From Candidatus Curtissbacteria bacterium RIFOXYA1_FULL_41_14 (GTDB lineage Bacteria; Patescibacteriota; Microgenomatia; Curtissbacterales; GWA2-41-24), in NCBI GenBank assembly GCA_001775095.1, contig MFCA01000029.1, forward strand, positions 55,975 to 119,974: a stretch of 64,000 nucleotides of DNA, written 5' to 3'. Position numbers and translations under genes: made by a program. Below the pieces are notes generated by a model. It was given only the letters and a program-made list of their open reading frames with translations, had not been told where the DNA came from and searched no databases. Below are positions 17,423 through 26,313 of the stretch, in pieces (within the stretch, counting starts at the first letter, position 1; the number at the start of each line of letters is the position of its first letter).

Positions 17423-19087
17423 TTATTTGGAATTTGTGATTTGTGATTTGAGATTTACTTTTGTTGTGGTTGCTAATTTAACTGTAGCCAAAAGTATGGC
17501 CACCATGATCCAAAAAGTGTAAGCTACCTTGGAGGCTTCAAAAACATCGATATAAAGAGAGTTAACAAGAAGACCTAAGGTGGCAGCGATCAAAGCGGCG
17601 ACGAGAGTCGAGGCAAAAGGATCGTTAATTTTTTTAAAGTTAACAAGAGAATACCAGATAATAAAGGCGATTATTCCAAAAAAGGCCAAAAATCCTGAAA
17701 GACCGGTCTCCCCAAGGGCTCTTAAAAAATCATTGTCCGTTGACTCAGCCTCTGTAAAATCTTCGATATTTCTTTTGGTTAAAGTTGAATAACCGGAGCC
17801 AAAAATCGGATTGCGGGTAAATCCTTTAATTGCTTGGGGCCAAGTGTAATCGAGACGGATTCCGGTTGACAGGTCGTATTGAACCGCAGCTTGTGAGTAA
17901 ACTCGGGGTTTTGCAGCCAGTGTGGCCGGCAAACTTTCCCCTTCTCCATATTCAGGGACGTCCTCATAAACGTCGGCAGGTACTGCACCAGTAACCGGCG
18001 ATCCAGTGGTTGGTTTTTGAGTAGTGGGAGGTGTATCCGATTTTGAGCCGACATCTTTTCCGATATCAAGATAAGCCGCTTGGGCTCCACCTGGAGGTTC
18101 CTTTTTAAGAGGTTTCAGAGCAAATGAGGTTTTGAACGCGTCTAATTTCAGGACATGGGCAAAACGGTCTGAAAGATCGCCAAAAGAAATCATGACAACA
18201 AGAGAAAAAACAATCACAATTGACCAGCGAGAAACACTCCAAAGCCAACCTCTCTTAAGGATCAATAAGCTAAAAACAATTGTTATCGAAACTAGATAGG
18301 CCAAAAAAGATGTTCGTGAAACGGTTAGAATCAAAAGCCAAAAGCCGGCCAGGCTAACAATCAAAAAAAGTAGCTTATGAGTGATTTTCTTAAGAATGGT
18401 AATTAGGGGAATGAAAATCGTCAGAACAATCATTAAATAGGCTGCTAAATCATAGTGGCCACCGAAAGTTGACAGTACCCTAGCATGCTCAGTCAGATAG
18501 AGTTTTACACCTTTGGAAAACTCTCGATTCATCGTCGAAAATGCCGGCCAATAAAGGTACTTTTGGCCGAATCCGTAGATCGAAACTCCCAAAAGGACAA
18601 CGGCAGCAAGAAAGATATATTTTTTTATCTGAGCTAACGATTTTATGGATGAGAAAAATATAAAAAAGACCGAAAAATATTCCACTCTTCTTATGAAATG
18701 CAAATAGAGTTTTTCCATATGAAGTGCCTGAACAGGAACAGTTTTAGTCCAAAAAAGGGCGGAAAGTGTAGAGAGAAAACCAACAATAACATAGACACCA
18801 ATGGGAATAAACAAGGGGTTACCTCTAAGAGTTACTTTTTTTCGGATAAGCCAGATTACCCAAATACCGAATGCTAGTGCTACTAAAAGATCATCCGGCC
18901 TAAGTCTTACTAAATAGCCGGGGATAAGGTCCGCAATCGGAATTTTGGGGTAAAGTGGAATAAAAATAAGAAGAGCAAGAGATAAATATTCAAGGATGTG
19001 ATCATCGAGCCATGTTAAACCAGGCTTAAACCGCCTTAAAAGCTTCGACATACGATTTTGCAAGCTCCTTTCTTCCCAAGAGACCAA
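17423..19087 (-). CDS. O-antigen ligase / polymerase-like (Wzy_C domain) membrane protein with Pro/Thr-rich extracytoplasmic linker
   Basis: Multi-TM protein with GHYDLAAYLMIV...TVSRTSFLAYLVSITIVFSLLIL resembling the Wzy_C/WaaL core. PTTQKPTTGSPVTGAVP low-complexity loop. Confidence 0.5.
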   Translation of the reverse strand: MVSWEERSLQNRMSKLLRRFKPGLTWLDDHILEYLSLALLIFIPLYPKIPIADLIPGYLVRLRPDDLLVALAFGIWVIWLIRKKVTLRGNPLFIPIGVYVIVGFLSTLSALFWTKTVPVQALHMEKLYLHFIRRVEYFSVFFIFFSSIKSLAQIKKYIFLAAVVLLGVSIYGFGQKYLYWPAFSTMNREFSKGVKLYLTEHARVLSTFGGHYDLAAYLMIVLTIFIPLITILKKITHKLLFLIVSLAGFWLLILTVSRTSFLAYLVSITIVFSLLILKRGWLWSVSRWSIVIVFSLVVMISFGDLSDRFAHVLKLDAFKTSFALKPLKKEPPGGAQAAYLDIGKDVGSKSDTPPTTQKPTTGSPVTGAVPADVYEDVPEYGEGESLPATLAAKPRVYSQAAVQYDLSTGIRLDYTWPQAIKGFTRNPIFGSGYSTLTKRNIEDFTEAESTDNDFLRALGETGLSGFLAFFGIIAFIIWYSLVNFKKINDPFASTLVAALIAATLGLLVNSLYIDVFEASKVAYTFWIMVAILLATVKLATTTKVNLKSQITNSK

Positions 19088-19967
19088 AAACTATTATTCG
19101 TGCTAGTGCTCCTATTTTAAGTAAGAGACGGACAATTTGCAAAGAAAATTTGCCTTTGTATTTTTGGTAAAAATACAGGACAGCTTTGTATTCGCCAATA
19201 AATGCTGAGGTTGGAATTTTCCGACTTGACCCTCTGCCAATGTGAATGATTTTTGTTGTGGGTGTAAAGTAGATTTTATGTCCTGCATTTTTGATGCGCC
19301 AGCACCATTCAACTTCTTCCCCGTACATAAAAATCTTTTCATCTAAAGAATCTACTTTGGTAATAACATCTCTAGGGACTAAGATTGCCGCGCCTGTTAC
19401 CCAATCGACTTTCTGATCTTTTCTATAAAAACTGTCATGGTCGACATGATACGGTTTTAATAAAGTTCCGCCGGGAAGATCATCAATAAAACTCATCCAC
19501 CAGAAGACTTGGGGCAGATGAGGGAAGAATCCTACGGACTGTTGGATAGATCTGTCTTCATTTAATAATAACGGACCAATTGCTCCCAAGTCCCCTCTTA
19601 TGCTTCGAGCTTTGTCGAGAAGTTTCTCTAATGAGTTTTCAATTAAATAAGTATCTGAATTTAGAAGTAGAATATATTCCCCTTTCGCAATTTTAATTCC
19701 TTGATTATTGGCTTTAGTAAATCCCAAATTTGCTTTGTTGAGTATCAACTTCGCTTTCGGAAATTTCTCTTTCACCATTGTCTGACTGCCGTCTGTTGAT
19801 CCATTATCGGCAACAATAACCTCGAAACTGATGTTCTTTCCTCGCTTTTCGTCATCCCGAGCGTCAGCGAGGGATCTGTCATTATTCGTGTACCGATAGA
19901 TTGACTCAAGACAATCCTCGAGGAGCCTTTTTGTGTTCCAATTGACGATAATGACACTCAAGTCCAT
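19026..19967 (-). CDS. glycosyltransferase family 2 carrying an in-frame repeat-derived insert
   Basis: MDLSVIIVNWNT...FEVIVADNGSTDGS...WCWRIKNAGHKIYFTP. About 17 extra residues (NNDRSLADARDDEKRGK) relative to paralog 13646-14533 coincide with the repeat at 19859-19893. Confidence 0.8.
   Translation of the reverse strand: MDLSVIIVNWNTKRLLEDCLESIYRYTNNDRSLADARDDEKRGKNISFEVIVADNGSTDGSQTMVKEKFPKAKLILNKANLGFTKANNQGIKIAKGEYILLLNSDTYLIENSLEKLLDKARSIRGDLGAIGPLLLNEDRSIQQSVGFFPHLPQVFWWMSFIDDLPGGTLLKPYHVDHDSFYRKDQKVDWVTGAAILVPRDVITKVDSLDEKIFMYGEEVEWCWRIKNAGHKIYFTPTTKIIHIGRGSSRKIPTSAFIGEYKAVLYFYQKYKGKFSLQIVRLLLKIGALARIIVFGLLGRKELAKSYVEAFKAV
19859..19893. repeat. family B element inserted in-frame in a GT2 gene
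   Basis: cgtcatcccgagcgtcagcgagggatctgtcatt. Shares gtcatcc(c/t)gag and ggatct cores with 705-795. Confidence 0.55.
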
Positions 19968-20857
19968 ATTTTTCCTTTTGCTACCATAATATATCGATAA
20001 GAAGTTGCTAAAAAGACTCCCGTAATTATTAACAGTGCACCTAAAATCAGATTTAATTTAAGTTTTTCACCAAATAAAATAACCCCAAATATACTCGACA
20101 AAATCGTTTGCATATAGATATTAAGAGATGAAATAAAAGCCGATGTGTTCTTAATCAGAAATTGGTAACCTACAATAAATAGCAAAGCTATGATCGCTAA
20201 GCTCACTGCCATCAAATTTATTTTAAGATTAAAACTGTAGTTTAACTTCCCATTAGCTATTAAGGGTCCGAGGGCAAGAATGGAGATCATACATGCCACC
20301 ATAAAATTAGTGAGAGTAATTTCCCATGGATTAAATTTTCGAGTATTTTTTTTCGAGATGACAATATAAAGTGACCACGTAAGTACTGCAATACCTATTA
20401 AAAGATTGCCGAGTGGTCTGCCAAAAGATAAAATATCAGCCGTTTTGAATGAATTCCAAATTAATATGCTTACTCCAACCAAAGATAGGAGAAGACCAAC
20501 TATCTGGTTACCGGTTAATTTTTCTTTTAAGAAAAAATATCCGAGAATTGCCACTATTAAAGGGGTAAGCACATATAGGAGCATCCCCACTATTAAACTG
20601 GTGTATTGAATACCAATCGCATATAAAATTACATTGACTGAGAAAAGAATACCGGTACTGATCAAGAATTTATCAGAAATTAATTTCTTTATTAATTGTC
20701 TTTTAAATACAAACGGAGCAATTATCAAAAGACCGAGAAAGAAGCGAATTGCGACAATGGTTAATGGATCAAGATGAAATACTAATAACTTTACCAGAGT
20801 ACCAACGGTAGCTCCTATAAGGCTCGTTAAGAAAAATATGCCAAGATTTGAAAACAT
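19958..20857 (-). CDS. EamA/DMT-superfamily transporter
   Basis: Ten TM helices in two repeated halves, 299 aa. Typical drug/metabolite transporter architecture. Confidence 0.55.
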   Translation of the reverse strand: MFSNLGIFFLTSLIGATVGTLVKLLVFHLDPLTIVAIRFFLGLLIIAPFVFKRQLIKKLISDKFLISTGILFSVNVILYAIGIQYTSLIVGMLLYVLTPLIVAILGYFFLKEKLTGNQIVGLLLSLVGVSILIWNSFKTADILSFGRPLGNLLIGIAVLTWSLYIVISKKNTRKFNPWEITLTNFMVACMISILALGPLIANGKLNYSFNLKINLMAVSLAIIALLFIVGYQFLIKNTSAFISSLNIYMQTILSSIFGVILFGEKLKLNLILGALLIITGVFLATSYRYIMVAKGKIWT

Positions 20858-21453
20858 TATTGGAATAGCCTGGCGCGGCCGAGTTTGTAATGGGGGTCTT
20901 TGTTTTTTCGTTCTCCGATTACTTTGGCAGGAACGCCGCCGACAATTTCAAAAGGTTTAACCTCTGAGGTAACTACTGCACCGGCTGCTATCACTGAACC
21001 TTTGCCGATTTTTACCCCCGGCAAGATAGTCGCACGAGGACCAATAAAAACATAATCTTCTATTTCTACTTCCCCGTAGGTCGGATCAAAACCCTCAGAA
21101 TTGATATCGTGTTCCGAATTATAAATTAAAACTTGGGATGCTATATCTACATGGTTGCCAATTCGAAGCGGCGCTCGGCCATCTAAAAAACAGTGATCGC
21201 CTACAATTGTACCTTGGCCGATACGTACTCCATGAGGGTAAAAAAACCTAACACCCATATGTATAAATGAATGTTTCCCGATTTTGACGCCGGCTAGTCT
21301 TAGGAAAAAATTTCTAATTGAATGTAAGGGGATAAGCGCGCAAATCACTGCAAGAACCATTAGCTCGATATCCAAAAGAATATGGAAGACTCTTATAAGA
21401 ATTTTGGCAAGAACTTCCATTGCATTTAACTCCGTACCCATTCGGTCTTTCAT
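20857..21453 (-). CDS. hexapeptide-repeat (LbH) O-acetyltransferase, WcaF/WbbJ-like
   Basis: Left-handed beta-helix hexapeptide repeats (IGQGTIVGDHCFL..IGNHVDIAS..FIGPRATILPGVKIGKGSVIAAGAVV). Confidence 0.75.
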   Translation of the reverse strand: MKDRMGTELNAMEVLAKILIRVFHILLDIELMVLAVICALIPLHSIRNFFLRLAGVKIGKHSFIHMGVRFFYPHGVRIGQGTIVGDHCFLDGRAPLRIGNHVDIASQVLIYNSEHDINSEGFDPTYGEVEIEDYVFIGPRATILPGVKIGKGSVIAAGAVVTSEVKPFEIVGGVPAKVIGERKNKDPHYKLGRARLFQ

Positions 21454-21514
21454 ACCTACTAGACTATAATATCAGAATTTACTTTGCATATACTATATTC
21501 GAGCGGATCGCCTG

Positions 21515-21676
21515 ATAAACTTCCGAGGGCTAAAAGCCCTCGGTCCTGCCTGCCAGCAGGCAGGTATTGCCCTAAAAAGTTTACATGAGCGAGCAGAACA
21601 CTCGGAAGTATGTATTCGCTCCGCATTCATCCGTGGACTAAGAGTTCATGGTATTGAAGCGAGCGAATATAAAATC
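21515..21676 (-). promoter_or_regulatory. conserved hairpin-containing leader element upstream of acetyltransferase gene (copy 1)
   Basis: aaacttccgagggctaaaagccctcgg...attgccctaaaaagtttacatgagcgagcaga...gtatgtattc...gcgagcgaatata. A second copy at 38008-38110 upstream of the paralogous acetyltransferase has a compensatory change in the hairpin stem. Confidence 0.5.
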
Positions 21677-21690
21677 TGTCTTGATCCAAA

Positions 21691-22950
21691 TTATGAAGTT
21701 TTTTCCGAAGCAACTTTTTCGAGGACCTGTAGGGTAATTTTGGCGCATTTTTGCCAGGAAAAGTGCTTGATGTTGGAAAAACCATTTTTGACCAGGTCGG
21801 ATCTGATTTTTGGGTCAAGAGTCTTTTTAATACCGTCGGCTATTGACTGGATACTTTCAGGATTGATAAGTATGGCGCTACACCTAAGATCCACCCCTGG
21901 GGTGTTCTCAGGGTGACGTCCTGACTTCACCTCAGGGGTGAGCGAGTTGGCTCCTACTATTTCCGGCAGACTTGAGGTGTTGGAAACAACAACCGGCACT
22001 CCACAAGCTTGAGCCTCGATAACCGGAATACCAAAGCCTTCCCAAAGCGAAGGCAAGACGTAGGCTCGAGCTCCACTGATCAAAACTGGTAAGTCGGAAT
22101 CGGAAACGTAATCAGTAAAAATAACTTTGTTTTGTAGTCCCAAGGTCTTGACTTTTTTGAAAATTGAATCATAAAGCCAACCTTTCTTGCCGACAATCAC
22201 CAATAATAAGTTGTCGGTTATCGGTTTACGGTTCACGGTTTTTTTATTCCTGTGAACTGTGAACTGCCTGCCCTGAGCGAAGTCGAAGGGTGAACTGTGA
22301 ACTAGAATCTTGAAAGCTTCTAAAAGTCTTTCAAGATTCTTGCGCGGCTGGAGTGTACCGACAAAAATAATGTAATCGCTAGAAATTTTATATTTCTTTT
22401 TCATTCTATCAATAGAATATTTAGATTGCGGCTTGAAGCGATCTTTGTCATACCCCTCATAGGTGACAGTAATCTTCGAAGGAGCGACATTGTAATTTTT
22501 AACAATATCGTCTTTTGTAGTTTGCGAAACAGCAATGATATGGGTTGCTTTTTTGATGGAAGCTTTAGTACCAAAAGTCAGCTGAATAAGATCGCTTTTT
22601 TTAAAAAGTTCTGAATAATGTAGAAATGAAAGATCATGGATAGTTACTACTTGCGGCACTGGACAGATCCTTGGAAGGTAATGAGCAGTTGAGAAGTAAA
22701 CACTTGTTCTTTTGTTGACGATTAGGTGCAATGGTAAGGCGAGTTGAGTCCAGAACTTCCTAGGTCCGAGAACTTTGTACTGAAAGCTGGCAATAGGTTT
22801 TGGTAAATCAGGAAGTGGTTTGTCCTTAAGGTAAACAATAAACTGATGTCTTTTGTCTTTAACAAATTGCCAAAGTAGTTCAAAAGCGTATTGACCGGTA
22901 CCAACTCTGGTTCGTACATTTGCTTCATTTCCGTCTATTCCTATAAGCAT
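21691..22950 (-). CDS. glycosyltransferase family 4 carrying an in-frame repeat-derived insert
   Basis: MLIGIDGNEANV N-terminus and PSLWEGFGIPVIEAQACGVPVV motif. Extra loop SSPFDFAQGRQFTVHRNKKTVNRKPITDN is encoded by repeat 22224-22304. Confidence 0.8.
   Translation of the reverse strand: MLIGIDGNEANVRTRVGTGQYAFELLWQFVKDKRHQFIVYLKDKPLPDLPKPIASFQYKVLGPRKFWTQLALPLHLIVNKRTSVYFSTAHYLPRICPVPQVVTIHDLSFLHYSELFKKSDLIQLTFGTKASIKKATHIIAVSQTTKDDIVKNYNVAPSKITVTYEGYDKDRFKPQSKYSIDRMKKKYKISSDYIIFVGTLQPRKNLERLLEAFKILVHSSPFDFAQGRQFTVHRNKKTVNRKPITDNLLLVIVGKKGWLYDSIFKKVKTLGLQNKVIFTDYVSDSDLPVLISGARAYVLPSLWEGFGIPVIEAQACGVPVVVSNTSSLPEIVGANSLTPEVKSGRHPENTPGVDLRCSAILINPESIQSIADGIKKTLDPKIRSDLVKNGFSNIKHFSWQKCAKITLQVLEKVASEKTS
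22224..22304. repeat. composite element (gtgaact direct repeats flanking ccctgagcgaagtcgaaggg core) inserted in-frame in a GT4 gene
   Basis: ggttcacgg...ctgtgaactgtgaactg-cctgccctgagcgaagtcgaaggg-tgaactgtgaactag. Core is 20/21 identical to 731-750. A coreless version (gtgaaccgttgactgtgaaccgtgaact) sits at the homologous site of GT4 12395-13594. Confidence 0.55.
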
Positions 22951-22951
22951 A

Positions 22952-22986
22952 GTGATTAGTGATTAGTGATTAGTGATTAGTGATTA
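22952..22986. repeat. heptanucleotide tract (GTGATTA)x5 abutting the start codon of GT4 21691-22950
   Basis: Seen: gtgattagtgattagtgattagtgattagtgatta, one base after the minus-strand ATG (22948-22950). The whole 51-bp intergenic spacer is mostly this repeat. Confidence 0.8.
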
Positions 22987-23001
22987 GTCACTACACACTA
23001 T

Positions 23002-24141
23002 TCACTTTTCACTGCTTTTAACCACCTCCTCATAGACTTTTAAAGTTTCCTTAGCGGTCTTAATCCAGGTATATTGCCTTGCTCGATTTAGGCTAGCATT
23101 AACCATCTTCTGATAACTATCCAAGTTTAAATTTAAAACCATCTCGATTGCTCGCTTTATCTGGCTTTCGCTTCTTGGATCAACAAGAATTGCAGCATCC
23201 TTGGCAATTTCGGTCATGGAAGAATTATTGGAGGTAATTACCGGTGTACCACAAGCCATTGCTTCGAGAATTGGCAGACCAAATCCTTCATAAAGCGATG
23301 GATAAACAAAAACCCGGCACCCACTATAGAGTGCCGTAAGATCATCTCTCGGAATGAAACCTGTTGAAACAATTCGATCATTGTCCTTGAAACTAGGGTC
23401 TTGCCCCCATCCATGCTTCCCGGTTAAAACTAAACTTAAATTAGGATTTTCTTTCTGAATTTTTTCAAAGACATCGACTAATTTTTGAATATTTTTTCTC
23501 GGTTCCCAAGTTGCAACTGATAAAATGTAAGGCTTTTTAATTTTGTATTTTTCTAAAACTTCTTTTACTTTGTCATCATCCTGGGGTTTGAAAATCACAG
23601 AAGAAGCAAGATAGACGACGGTTACTTTTTCTTGGGGAATTTCTAAAAATTTCACAAGATCCTCTTTGGTCGTTTCGGAATCTGTAATAATCGCATCAAC
23701 TTCGGCTTTAACAATTTTAAGTCTTCGTTTCTGATTAGAAACTATTTTTGGGTGAGAAGAAGATGGAAAAAGATATGCAATCATGTCATGGACAGTGGTT
23801 ACTTTTTTTGTACGTTGCGACCTTACAGGGGGTTGCGTCCAATCGGATGAATGAAATACGTCAACTTCACCAAGAAATTTTTCTATGGGAAAGATATGCA
23901 ACTTATTCCAAAGAAATGCTAAAAGAAAGGGCGGATAATGGGTAATTTTGAACTCGACATTTTTGTATTGGGAAAGTTGTTTTTTGAAACCGGTCAATTT
24001 TTTATTGAGCCTCAGGGAAGATCCAAAAAGGATGTATTGATTTTTTCGATCAATTTTTAAGAGTGCTTCTACCAACTGCTTAGTATAATTTGAAACCCCG
24101 GTCCCGTAAACGATTTGAGAAATATCAATACCGATTTTCAT
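23002..24141 (-). CDS. glycosyltransferase family 4
   Basis: MKIGIDISQIVYGTG and PSLYEGFGLPILEAMACGTPVI motifs. No repeat insert. Confidence 0.85.
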   Translation of the reverse strand: MKIGIDISQIVYGTGVSNYTKQLVEALLKIDRKNQYILFGSSLRLNKKLTGFKKQLSQYKNVEFKITHYPPFLLAFLWNKLHIFPIEKFLGEVDVFHSSDWTQPPVRSQRTKKVTTVHDMIAYLFPSSSHPKIVSNQKRRLKIVKAEVDAIITDSETTKEDLVKFLEIPQEKVTVVYLASSVIFKPQDDDKVKEVLEKYKIKKPYILSVATWEPRKNIQKLVDVFEKIQKENPNLSLVLTGKHGWGQDPSFKDNDRIVSTGFIPRDDLTALYSGCRVFVYPSLYEGFGLPILEAMACGTPVITSNNSSMTEIAKDAAILVDPRSESQIKRAIEMVLNLNLDSYQKMVNASLNRARQYTWIKTAKETLKVYEEVVKSSEK

Positions 24142-24905
24142 GCATCGAATTCTATCACAAAAACCCTCCGATAGCAGTTTCCGAAATTAGCAAATTTGAG
24201 TATCGGAATAAGCAGAAGGTAACCTTTGAGATATAAATAGTAGAGAAGCTTGCTTCTGGTTATCCAGGTTCTCATTAAAATATTACGAATAGCCAGATTT
24301 AAGTTGCCAGTTGAAGTAATTTTTGCATTTTTGCCCAATTTCCTCAGTGATTTATCTAAGTAGACTAAAATCTCGTCAGAGGTTGGAAGTCCGTTTCTAA
24401 TATGCTCTTCTAGAAAATGATTTTCTCTGTCAAAAACTTTACGCCAATACTTTTGGAGTTGTTTATCCTGATTTTGGGCTAATTCGCCGGTTGGTACTGC
24501 AATAACAGCTATTTTTTTAGCAACTCTTAATATTTCATATATTGCTTTCTCGCGTATATCTCTTTCTAAGTGCTCGATCACATCAACCGAAATGACAACG
24601 TCATAAGAGTTCTTTCGAAAGGGCAAATCATCAGCTTGACCTTTGATCTCATTTAATAAGTTTGTCCGAGGTCCGGAAAAGTCGATGTCTACAGCATCGA
24701 TTTCTCTTTTAAGATACGGGGTAATTCCAAGTGAACCAGACCCAACTTCAAGAATCTGAGAATTTAGTAAATTCCACTTTTTAATGGCCGAGACCACTGG
24801 TAAGTAACGAAGAGCCGCCTCAGGATGTTGTCTATAGAAATATCTATTAAAAAATTTCCTGGCAAGATTTTTAGCGCTTAAATTCATAAAGAAAGCCAAC
24901 TCCAT
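24138..24905 (-). CDS. class I SAM-dependent methyltransferase
   Basis: Motif I ILEVGSGSLG and post-I acidic residue. DVVISVDVIEHL motif. Confidence 0.7.
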   Translation of the reverse strand: MELAFFMNLSAKNLARKFFNRYFYRQHPEAALRYLPVVSAIKKWNLLNSQILEVGSGSLGITPYLKREIDAVDIDFSGPRTNLLNEIKGQADDLPFRKNSYDVVISVDVIEHLERDIREKAIYEILRVAKKIAVIAVPTGELAQNQDKQLQKYWRKVFDRENHFLEEHIRNGLPTSDEILVYLDKSLRKLGKNAKITSTGNLNLAIRNILMRTWITRSKLLYYLYLKGYLLLIPILKFANFGNCYRRVFVIEFDA

Positions 24906-26304
24906 TAAAATTATCAGTCTTTATGTTATTAAATCCGAGTTTTGTTAGCTCTTCAAAAACCAGACCCCGCGGGTCAGTAATTTGCGATAGATATTGGAAC
25001 AGAAAAATTCTATTTTTATTGCGTGTGAGGTCATCTAGTTTGTTTCTAACTTCAGATTGGCTGGGATTGAAATTTTCAAGCGCTCCGACTGCCTGGGTTT
25101 TTCCGCGATTATAATAATCAAATGGCCCGAAAGTATATGGTGACTCAAAAAGAATTAAGGAATTTTCATCAGAAGTCTTTTCAACATAAGAGGTAGCCTC
25201 TCGCCAATTTTCTCTCTGAAACCTTGGCATTGACAAATAAAATGCACTGGAAGTTAAGTTAATAATTAAGGCGAAGGACAGTAGAATCCTTATTAAGGGT
25301 TTCCAGTTGATGGTATTTATTGCCATCGACCAAATTAAATAGTAGGCACCTAAAATAAATATAAATCTAAAATATGAAAATACTGGAATAAAATAGGCCA
25401 AAATAAAACCGATTAGGATTGGTCCAAAAAACCAAAACCACAAAAAGAATCGCAGGTAGGACATTCGCAGCAAGGATAACAGGAAGAGGAATATTACGAA
25501 CAATGCAGCAGGAGCAAATAATAAAGCATAGATTAAATTATTATCATATGAGATTCTGCCGATTGTAAATTTGACAAATGTAACTGCCAGATTTTGTAAA
25601 TTGGGGGAGCCGACTATCTGTGCCCATGCTGGAGAGGCGGTTTTTGCTGATAAGCCTACCTGTAGCTGTTTGGGTAAGATAATTAACCAAGGCACGATTA
25701 ATATTAATATTAGGATGAACGCCGGAATAAAAGATTTTAAAGTACTTGAGGCAACTTTTTTTCTTCCGATTAATAAATAAAAGAGATATACGGGTATTAA
25801 TAAATAAGGAAGATAGTCTGTGTAAAGCATTAATGTGGTTGATATAACAAAACCAAACCACACCCAGAGGCTATCCTTTTTAAGGATTGAAATAAAAAAA
25901 TAGACAGAAAGACTTACTAAAGCCGCAGCAAGCATATACATTCGTGCCTCTTGAGAATAGTAAATATGTAGAGGAGAGGTCGCCAATAAAGTTGCACCAA
26001 TTAAGGCTGTCTTATTTTCAAATAATTTTTTGCCAATAAGATAAGTTATGAAAACAGTTGCGACACCTAAAATTACTGATGGCAACCTTACAGAAATTTC
26101 GGATGATCCAAACAGCAGAATCCACTCTCTAAGGATAAGATGATAAAGCGGTGGGTGAAAATCACTTAAAGAGTAATCAAAAAAAAGTGATTTAAAATTC
26201 AGCGCTCTGGCAACGTTTACATTAATTCCTTCATCCAACCAGAGACTTTGATTAAGACTAATAAATCTAATTACCAAAGCAATTAAAAGAACAATAAAGA
26301 TCAT
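24871..26304 (-). CDS. GT-C membrane glycosyltransferase, ArnT/PMT_2-like (polyprenyl-phosphate-sugar dependent)
   Basis: First extracytoplasmic loop LWLDEGINVNVARAL (DE motif) and DFHPPLYHL. About 12 TM helices, 477 aa. Confidence 0.6.
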   Translation of the reverse strand: MIFIVLLIALVIRFISLNQSLWLDEGINVNVARALNFKSLFFDYSLSDFHPPLYHLILREWILLFGSSEISVRLPSVILGVATVFITYLIGKKLFENKTALIGATLLATSPLHIYYSQEARMYMLAAALVSLSVYFFISILKKDSLWVWFGFVISTTLMLYTDYLPYLLIPVYLFYLLIGRKKVASSTLKSFIPAFILILILIVPWLIILPKQLQVGLSAKTASPAWAQIVGSPNLQNLAVTFVKFTIGRISYDNNLIYALLFAPAALFVIFLFLLSLLRMSYLRFFLWFWFFGPILIGFILAYFIPVFSYFRFIFILGAYYLIWSMAINTINWKPLIRILLSFALIINLTSSAFYLSMPRFQRENWREATSYVEKTSDENSLILFESPYTFGPFDYYNRGKTQAVGALENFNPSQSEVRNKLDDLTRNKNRIFLFQYLSQITDPRGLVFEELTKLGFNNIKTDNFNGVGFLYEFKR

Positions 26305-26313
26305 TTTTATGCC

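Noticed and set aside
21627-21818. ORF 21627-21818 (minus)
   Set aside because: Overlaps the conserved leader element and the 3' end of the GT4 gene. No support.
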